NCBI RefSeq assembly: GCF_964188315.1 | Contig: NC_135662.1 | Span: 25,544,001 to 25,608,000, forward strand | Length of the DNA stretch: 64,000 nt | From: Podarcis muralis | Lineage: Eukaryota | Direction of reading: 5' to 3' | In this document: positions 43,092 through 52,000 of the stretch, one piece after another | Layout: every line of letters starts with the position of its first letter | How positions within the stretch are numbered: the first letter of the stretch is position 1 | Made by a program: the position numbers and the translations under genes | The notes under the pieces: generated by a model | Told to the model about the DNA's origin: nothing | Database searches by the model: none | Seen by the model: the letters and a program-made list of their open reading frames with translations, nothing else

Positions 43092-46000
43092 TCACTTCAT
43101 GCTTTCCAGTCGGGTCAGAGGTCGAACATGTGTTGCTTTCTTGCTTCCATCCCTAGTCAACCGACAGTCTTCCTGGAGAGTCTTCACTAACTCCAGTAAT
43201 TCTAGCTTTTCAAGCTGTGCCTGCTCCAGTTCTTGGTGATGCTGCCTCTCTGTTGCCAGCAGGGTACGTATGTCAGACGACATCCTGGACATCTGGCTCT
43301 GAAAAGCGTAAGAGAGTTTTTCAGGTGTTGCATTGGGACTGCCTGTTAACTGTTAGATGCTCACCATTTCCTATCTACACTAGTACCTCGGGTTAAGTAC
43401 TTAATTCGTTCCGGAGGTCCGTTCTTAACCTGAAACTGTTCTTAACCTGAAGCACCACTTTAGCTAATGGGGCCTCCTGCTGCCGCTGCGCTGCCAGAGC
43501 ATGATTTCTGTTCTTATCCTGAAGCAGAGTTCTTAACCTGAAGCACTATTTCTGGGTTAGCGGAGTCTAACCTGAAGCGTATGTAACCTGAAGCGTATGT
43601 AACCCGAAGTACCACTGTATTACATTTGTTTCTTCCCCTTCCTCCAAGGACCTGAGGGTAGCATACAGATAACAGAGCCTAGATTTCATGGATCTGCCCC
43701 TTTCAGGTATCCAGACTGCTGCAAAACAGATCTGTTTCTGCCCACTCTCCAAGGCAAGGGAAAGAGGCTGCATTGTCCTGGAATGACTTGGGCCCAGACC
43801 CAAATGCTTCTGTACCCAGAGTTTAGGGTAAAGCAAAATGTGCATGGGCATTCTGAGGGCTATTTCAATGATTGTGCTCTCCCTGTTATCCCAGTAAATT
43901 TGGGGAAAGAGAACTCGGCAGGTGGGGGATGTGTGGTAGGGAAAGCTCTTCTAGGCCAACTTGGAAGTAGTCTGATTTTTATTAATGGTCCATCTCCAAA
44001 TTAATATAATATTATGTTCAGTTTCAGTTTCAGTTTCTGTTAATTGGTTCTCGTGGGAAACTTGCAGATTCTGGCTTCTCACAATTAACTCAAGGTGGTG
44101 TCAATTTACTCTTGGCAGAAAGCCCAGGTCTGCTTGACCTAGAAACTACTCTGATTGGTTAACGACCAGCACTCTGCTCTGTTATCAAGGGATTGCTAGC
44201 TCAGTTTGAGGTGAGGTGTTGTTAGGAGTAGAAGTGCTGTGTATGGTTATGAGAGAGAGAGAGAGAAAGAGAGGATTTATTTTGTATTGTATTTGTATGC
44301 AGAAACTCTGCTGGTTTTATTTTCTCCTTTTAATAAATCCTGTAAATAGTTATTCTGAGTCTAGCTGACTAGTCATTACTGCCGCAACTAGCTTCTTCGC
44401 TGTGCAGGAAAACTCTGCTACGTTTGGGCTAAAGCCAGTAGGGCTATGCCTGACACTCCAAAGTTCCATGAGGTTATGGGCATTGTGCTGCCAGCCTGAG
44501 TTGCGGTGGTGTCAGCATCAACGGCGTTGGTTCCAGTAGTTCCAGAAGTTGTTGTTCCTGCTGGTGCAGCAGATGGACTCTGGCTGGTTCCTGACCGTGG
44601 TGAGCTGGTGACGCAGTGGACACAAGGACAACAGCTGCAGCGTGTGAGTGCTGGGTGCTGTGGTTCCTGTTTTCTCTCTCGGTGGTCGTGAGTAGCTGGT
44701 TCCGGGTTCCAGGGACATCGCTCTCAAGATGGCCTCACAACCAGTTCAGATGGCTTTTGAGCGTCTGAATGACTCCAATTACTTGCTGTGGTCGGAACGC
44801 ATGCAGGCAGTGCTGCAGAGGGATCGTCTCTGGCAAGTGGTGAGTAAGTTTCCTGCGAAGCCTGATGATGAAGACCTTGATAAAGACCAAAGAGCAAGGG
44901 CCACAATTGTCTTGGGGCTGGAGGATTCCCAGTTGCCGTATGTGAGGGGAATCAAGACAGCTAGAGGTGTGTGGCAAGCACTTAAAGAACTCCATGTGCG
45001 TGAGACAGCGGTTTCCAAGCTGTTCATTCGCAAGGCATTGTACAAGGCAATGTTACAGCCTGGGGTTACAATGCAGGAACACCTACACAGTTTACAGTTA
45101 AAGTTTGCAGCGCTACAGGAAAGAGACTGTGCGTTAGACCAGCAGGAGAAGGTGGCTATTATTCTGAGTTCTCTCCCGGAAAGCTGGGATAATTTAGTTT
45201 TGTCTCTAGAAGGCATACAGGAGCATGATTTATCCGTCAGTTACGTTACTGGGCGTTTGATTGAAGAATGGCAGAAGCGGCAAGAAAGGTCGTTGGCTGC
45301 AGAGGCTTCTACAGGTGGGCGGTTTGAAAGGAGTTCTCATGCCGTGCCAGAGGTGAAGCAAGAGCAGCGTGCCGGTGAGAAGTCAGCGTTTGCTGTTAGC
45401 CGTTGTTTCCGATGTGGGTCTTCAGCGCATCTAAAACGACAATGTCCGGAGTTGGTCAAGTCTCAGTTGCCGGTGCAGGAGCAGAGACGAGATCAGCAGC
45501 AGCAGCAGCGAAAAAAGAAATTCTTCAAACGAAAACAGTCGGCTCAGCTGGTGACCGGCGAGGTCAAGATTGCTGATGAGAAACAAGCGGTCTGGGTGGT
45601 CGATTCGGGAGCATCTCGCCACATCGTGAATTCAGATGAATTGTTTGTTTCCAAGAACTCAGCACAGCGCAGCCAGGTGGCTCTAGCAGACGGAAGTACT
45701 TCCGAAGTGATTTCGGGGGGTGCAGTTTTTGTTCCTTGTCTTCGTGAATGCCTGCAAAATGTACTTTGTGTGCCTTCATTAAGGAGCAATCTGATGTCTG
45801 TAGATTGTTTGCTAAAAGCTGGGTTTAAAGTGTATTTTGAAGGAGACAGTTGCATGATTAAGAAGGCTGGTGAGATTTTAGGCACTGCTAAGTCAGAGGG
45901 AGGCTTGTTTTGGCTTAAAGCAGGATCTCAAGTTGCAGCAGTAGTCAGTAAATCTCAGCCTGCAGTGAGTAACAAAGCTATACATGACAACTGTGTGCAC

Positions 46001-49000
46001 TTATTGCATAGGAAAATGGGGCATGCTTGCTGGAAAAGTGTACTAAAAATGTCTGAATTGGCTGATGGGGGTGATTTAAAGAGTTGTAACAAGTACCTTG
46101 ATTGTAATGTTTGTAAAAAGGTTAAAACCCACAGAGTCTCTTACCCCAGAAGTGACAGAGTTAGTGAGGCACCGCTACAGCTGGTTCACATGGACGTAAT
46201 TGGTCCATTTGCTGTAAGCAGGGGTGGATCGCGCTTTTCACTAACAATTGTGGATGACGCCACGCGTTACTCTTGGGTTTTTCCCATGAAGAATAAGGGT
46301 GACGTGTTCACTAAGTTTAAAGGCTGGGTGGCATCTGTGGAAAGATTTCTGTCCATTAAACTTAAAAGGATTCAGACGGACAGAGGTGGCGAATTTATGT
46401 CAAATGCCTTTAAAGATTGGTTACAAAAGCGTGGCATTGGGCATAGAAAAACGAACGTTTTTCCCCCAGAGGAGAATGGCGTTGCAGAGCGAAAAAACAG
46501 ATCTTTACAAGATATGATGTTTGCCATGCTTGATGATGCTGATTTGCCCATGTCTTATTGGGGGGAGAGCATGCTCACCGCGTGTTATCTCCAAAATAGA
46601 CTCTTTCATCAAACAATAGGTACAACCCCGTACTTTAAATTGTTTCAGAAAAAACCCAAAATTGACCATTTGCATGTGTTTGGATCAAAAGCCTGGGTAT
46701 TAATTCCAAAACAAATGAGGAAAAAGGGAGATCCTAAGACCAAACAGTTAGTGTTTGTGGGTTACCAGGAGCTGGGAAAAGGTTTCCGTTTTGCTGAAGG
46801 GACAAATGGCATTGTGATCTCCAGGAATGCCAGTTTTTGTGAACATAGTGGCTGGGAGAGACTACATGCCAATACTGAGGTTTGGTTTGAACCTTCCCAG
46901 GAGCTTTATGACTCTGAAGGTAGACACAGAGAATCAGAGTCTGAGGGGGAGGAAAGTTCAGATAAGAGCTCTCAAGAAAGTGGTGTTAGCCAAAGACCAG
47001 TTGCTAAGCAACAAAAGAGAGGTCGAAGTTCTGAGGAGGAAAGTGGGTCAGAAGAAAAATTTTCTCCCAGAAGATCTAAAAGACAAAACAAAGGAGTGCC
47101 TCCAGTGCGTTTTTCTCCAGATACTGCAAATGTGTTTAGTGTAATTGCAGAACCCAAGAGTTTTCAGGATGTGTTAAAGTTACCAAAAGAGGAGGCAGAG
47201 CTCTGGAAACAGGCAATGGAGGAAGAGATGTCCTCTCTGAATGAGCACAAGGTTTTACACCAGTAGCAGCGCCTGAGGGGGCAAAGATTGTAGGCTGCAG
47301 GTGGGTGTACAAACTTAAACCTCTGGTGACAGGAGAGTACAAATACAAAGCTCGTTTAGTGGCTCAAGGATATTCTCAGAGGCCTGGAAAAGATTATGAC
47401 GAGACTTAGGCCCGGTTAGGACATATCTAGGGTTGGAAGTGTGCTGGGCCCAAGATGGCAGCTGTCTAATTAGTCAGCAGAACAAAGTTAAACAACTACT
47501 GACTACATACAGGATGCAGGATTGCAAAGGGGCAGTGGTGCCTATGGATCCAGGTTTCATAAAAACACTTCATATAGATGAGAGTCCTGAATTTGAACAT
47601 CCTGATGTATATCATTCTGTAATTGGAAGTTTATTGTATCTAGCACAGTGGTCCAGACCTGATATTAGCTATGCAGTAGGCATATTAAGTAGATTGGTCT
47701 CAAAACCCACACTAAATGCCTGGAAAGGGGTAAAACAAGTTCTGAGGTATCTGAAACAGACAATTGGCTATATGTTACAATTAAATTCTTCAGAGGATGA
47801 AATGTTGAGTTGCTACTGTGATAGTGACTGGGGAAATTTGCCGGATAGAAAATCTGTCACAGGACTGGTCATAATGGTCGGTGGAGCTTTAATCAGCTGG
47901 CGATCACGCAAGCAAGACGTTGTAAGTGTGTCATCAACGGAATCAGAGTATGCCGCATTGAGTGAATTGTGCAACGAGGTGATTTATTTCAAGCATTTGT
48001 TAGCAGATTTAAATGTAAATTGTGGAGAACCAGTACAAGTTTACATTGATAATCAAGCTTGTATAACATTAAGTAAAACAGAGGGTTTCAAATCGCGTTC
48101 CAAACATATCTCTGTAAAATACCAAAATGTACGTTGCTGTGTACAAGACAATGTAATCACCTGTACTTATGTACCAAGTGAAGAAAATGTAGCAGATGTG
48201 TTAACTAAACCATTGGCAAAGGTAAAGAACAAGCGAATGTGCAAGGGTTTAGGTTTGCTGGAAAAATGATCTCCTACATAGGTGTATTTGGTGTTAATTG
48301 TTCAGCAGAATCTGTGAGGGGGTGTTCAGTTTCAGTTTCAGTTTCTGTTAATTGGTTCTCGTGGGAAACTTGCAGATTCTGGCTTCTCACAATTAACTCA
48401 AGGTGGTGTCAATTTACTCTTGGCAGAAAGCCCAGGTCTGCTTGACCTAGAAACTACTCTGATTGGTTAACGACCAGCACTCTGCTCTGTTATCAAGGGA
48501 TTGCTAGCTCAGTTTGAGGTGAGGTGTTGTTAGGAGTAGAAGTGCTGTGTATGGTTATGAGAGAGAGAGAGAGAAAGAGAGGATTTATTTTGTATTGTAT
48601 TTGTATGCAGAAACTCTGCTGGTTTTATTTTCTCCTTTTAATAAATCCTGTAAATAGTTATTCTGAGTCTAGCTGACTAGTCATTACTGCCGCAACTAGC
48701 TTCTTCGCTGTGCAGGAAAACTCTGCTACGTTTGGGCTAAAGCCAGTAGGGCTATGCCTGACACTCCAAAGTTCCATGATATTAATGGGACTGGAGGAGG
48801 TTTGCCAGTCACCAATAGCAATGCTTCCTTGCTTATGTGAATTGTAGTTAAAATACCTGCTGCTGAAACCATTGGTTCTAAAATAGATGCTGTAGGTGAG
48901 ACTTCCCCAATTTGATGCTCCCCAGCTGTTGTTGGACTTCAACTCCCATCAGTCCCACCTGGCTTGGCCAGTGAGTGATGATGGGAATTGTAGTCCAAAT

Positions 49001-52000
49001 CACCTGGACAACACAAGGTTGGGGAAGGTAGCCGTCAGGTGCTTGAGGACTGTGGCTACCTTCTGGAAACTGAAAAAGAGTACAGCATAGAATAAAGCTG
49101 TCAGAAATACCAGTTCGCCAGAGGCAACATTTTAAGGGAGGGAGATGACCTCGTAGCTCATGGCAATACAATTCGTTTACCTTTAGCTCTTCAATCTGAT
49201 TTTGCAAAAGACTCTCCTTTTGCACCATATGCTTCCTTTGAGAATCTAGTCGAGATTCCATCTCATGTTTTGCCTCTTCCATCCGGCAGATCATCTCTGA
49301 CCTTAAAAAACAAAACACTTTTTGTTAATCAGCGTATCTGTCTTTAATCTGAATACAGAGGAAACTTGAAACGTACGCACATTCAGTTTTATGTGCTTGG
49401 CAATTATTATTTTTAAAGGGGGGCAAATGTCTGGGGGAAAAGACTGTGGCAATCCCTCCCGCCATTGTCTTATCTTACTGTTCATCCTGCTTTAATTTTG
49501 AAAAGGATTGCTTGGACTGAAACAAACAACATGCACCTGTTCATATGTAAGCTAAGTTAATACGCTGATTTGTTTCCGCTTGGGAGGAGGGCAGCTGGTG
49601 CAGCTGAACCGTGGGCCCCAGGAAATTGATCATTCACAAAAAGAGATGGTTTGTTTTAGATCAGGACTTACCATTATATGTGAACAGGGCCACTAATTAC
49701 CAAAACAGGAAGTAGTGTTTAATCCATCAGTTTTGCACTAATTATTCTCGTAACAAACAAGAGCTGGTTTTTTTAATCTTCCATCTGTTTTATGCAATAT
49801 CTGCGTCTTCCTTCGGCCCAAGATAAACATCTCATTTTAACAGCCCCAGCTTCACTCACAGGGGCATTTCCCATAAGCTAGTACTGGCAAAGAAGCTTTT
49901 CATTTATGATTAACTTAGATTTTCAGGTTACCACCAAGCAGCGCACAAGCTTATGTTACACAAAAAAGATGTCAACAAATCTTTTATTTCAATCGAATCA
50001 GGATGATAGAATACCAGGTGTAACTCGGGTGGGAAGATAGGAGGAAGAGATGGTGATGGCAATAGAAGCAATTTGCCAAGTTACCAAATTGGTTTCCTGA
50101 GCACCCAGGAAATTGCAGCAATATTGAAGAACAGTCCCCTTGTGTATGTTTTAGAGAGATGGGCAAAATATTTAAGTGTCAGTTCATGCTTTAGGCATGG
50201 CCACACTTGGCCCTCCAGATGTTTTGGGACCACAACTCCCATCATCCCTAGCTAACAGGACCAGTGGTCAGGGATGATGGGAGTTGTAGTCCTCAAACAT
50301 CTGGAGGGCCAAGTCAATCCATGAGCAGCCAAGGTAAGGGGAAGAATAGCTTTACCTGAGCAGTTCTAGTTCCGTTCTCAGCTCTGCCACACAGTTATGT
50401 TGCGCATCATCAGCACTGAGGATGGCATACCCACAGCCTTTGGGGCACTCGCGGCTCCTGTATTCGCACACTGCCAAGTGGCTGTCTAGGTTACGTCTTT
50501 CAACCCGAGCTGGGCAACCTGATTGGAAAGCAGAAGACTGGAGGAAGTGCACCAGAGAGAATTATTTCATTTCCCCCATAATCTTCTGACATGGAGACAA
50601 CGATAGACTGTGCTCCAGAGAGGTCACTTCAGTGCTGCTAATGCAGCAAAAACAATGTGGAAGGCAGCAGTGACAAGCTAGTGGTTTCTGCAGCCCCTGT
50701 GATTCTCCAGCAGTTTGACTTACCCCTAGAGGTGCACTCCATTGTCTCTCAAGACAGAAGGATGCTAACAACAGCAGCACCACCACTCTTGAGGAATCTA
50801 GGTTAGTGTTTCCTGCTGTGCGCAGGTACAAGGATTCTCCAAGGGGTCACTGGCACATCAGCTGCCTTTCAGTTCCCCAAACACCAACACTGAATCCATA
50901 CTTTGCTTTGGCTAGTGTTGGCAACAGGTAGAAATGGAACAGGAAGGGGTGTTCACACAGGCAAAGAAACCGAGAAGGCCCACTCTGCAACAGCCACTAA
51001 CTCTGAATTCCCTTTAGCCTACATTCCAGAACTGGGGGACTGAATTCAGGTGAAAACGGAGATCTACCATCTGTTTGCAAGATAACCATCTCTGCATTCT
51101 ACCTACCGCTATTTGAACAGGGGACCCGGCTGCATTCACACTCGCGTTCATGTCGGTCAATGGATTCCAGTGAACACACCATTTCACAGCCACACTCTCT
51201 GTTCCTGCAGTGAATCTGGAGTTGATTGAGATCGTTCTTCATGTATCTGGGTACAGAAGTTAATTATTTTTATTCTTGCAATACTGCTTGCTAAGATATA
51301 ACATATGCTCCCCAGTTCTCCGAGTGGTAAGACATTCCAGAGTCAGTGCTAACTGATTCTGTTTTCTTTGAATGAGGCCACATGGCAGACCAACCATGAC
51401 TGTGTAATATTTGGTTTAATTGCAAGTATACAGGCAGAGCACAGGCGAAGGTAAACAGCAGATCCCCAGAAAGGCAACTTGCACCACAAGGCATTTCTAG
51501 CCTTGATGTTAAGAGCTTCCACACTCTACCTTCTGCCTGTCTATCCCCTAAAACTGCTGCACTAACTTCCATACATTACACCGGCCACCCACTTCAGCTT
51601 GGCTGTGGTGTCACCCTCCTTACTCCTAACGTTCTGGAGAAATATCTGTATCAAGAAGCCATCTTCTAACAATTAGATCCCATAGAAAGACATCCCCTGG
51701 CCACTGTGAGCCATTAACCATAACATCCTTTCCTCAAAACTTAAGACTATGATCAGCCATTGCTTTAAGGCAGGGGTGGGAAATCACAGGTCTGATCACC
51801 AAATGTGACCCTTCAGACCTACCTGGCTGTCAGGATTTCTTTCCTGCTATACCCCCCCCCCCACTGGCCCTGCTCACCACTGGAATGTTGCCCCTGGAAG
51901 GCAACACCCCCCTGACACAATTAAAATGCACGTTTTCAGAAAGTTGGCAACCCTAATGAAGTAGAAGCACCATGGCCAACTTGTGTTATTTGGCAACAGA

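Larger units (their letters stand above)
44015..48779 (+). mobile_element. Ty1/copia LTR retrotransposon, both LTRs present, RT-defective
   Basis: 457-bp direct repeats at 44015-44471 and 48323-48779. TSD TATTA at 44010-44014 and 48780-48784. PBS-like GGTTATGGGC at 44472-44481 and PPT GAGGGGG at 48316-48322. Domain order gag-PR-IN-RT-RH is diagnostic of copia. Confidence 0.96.
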
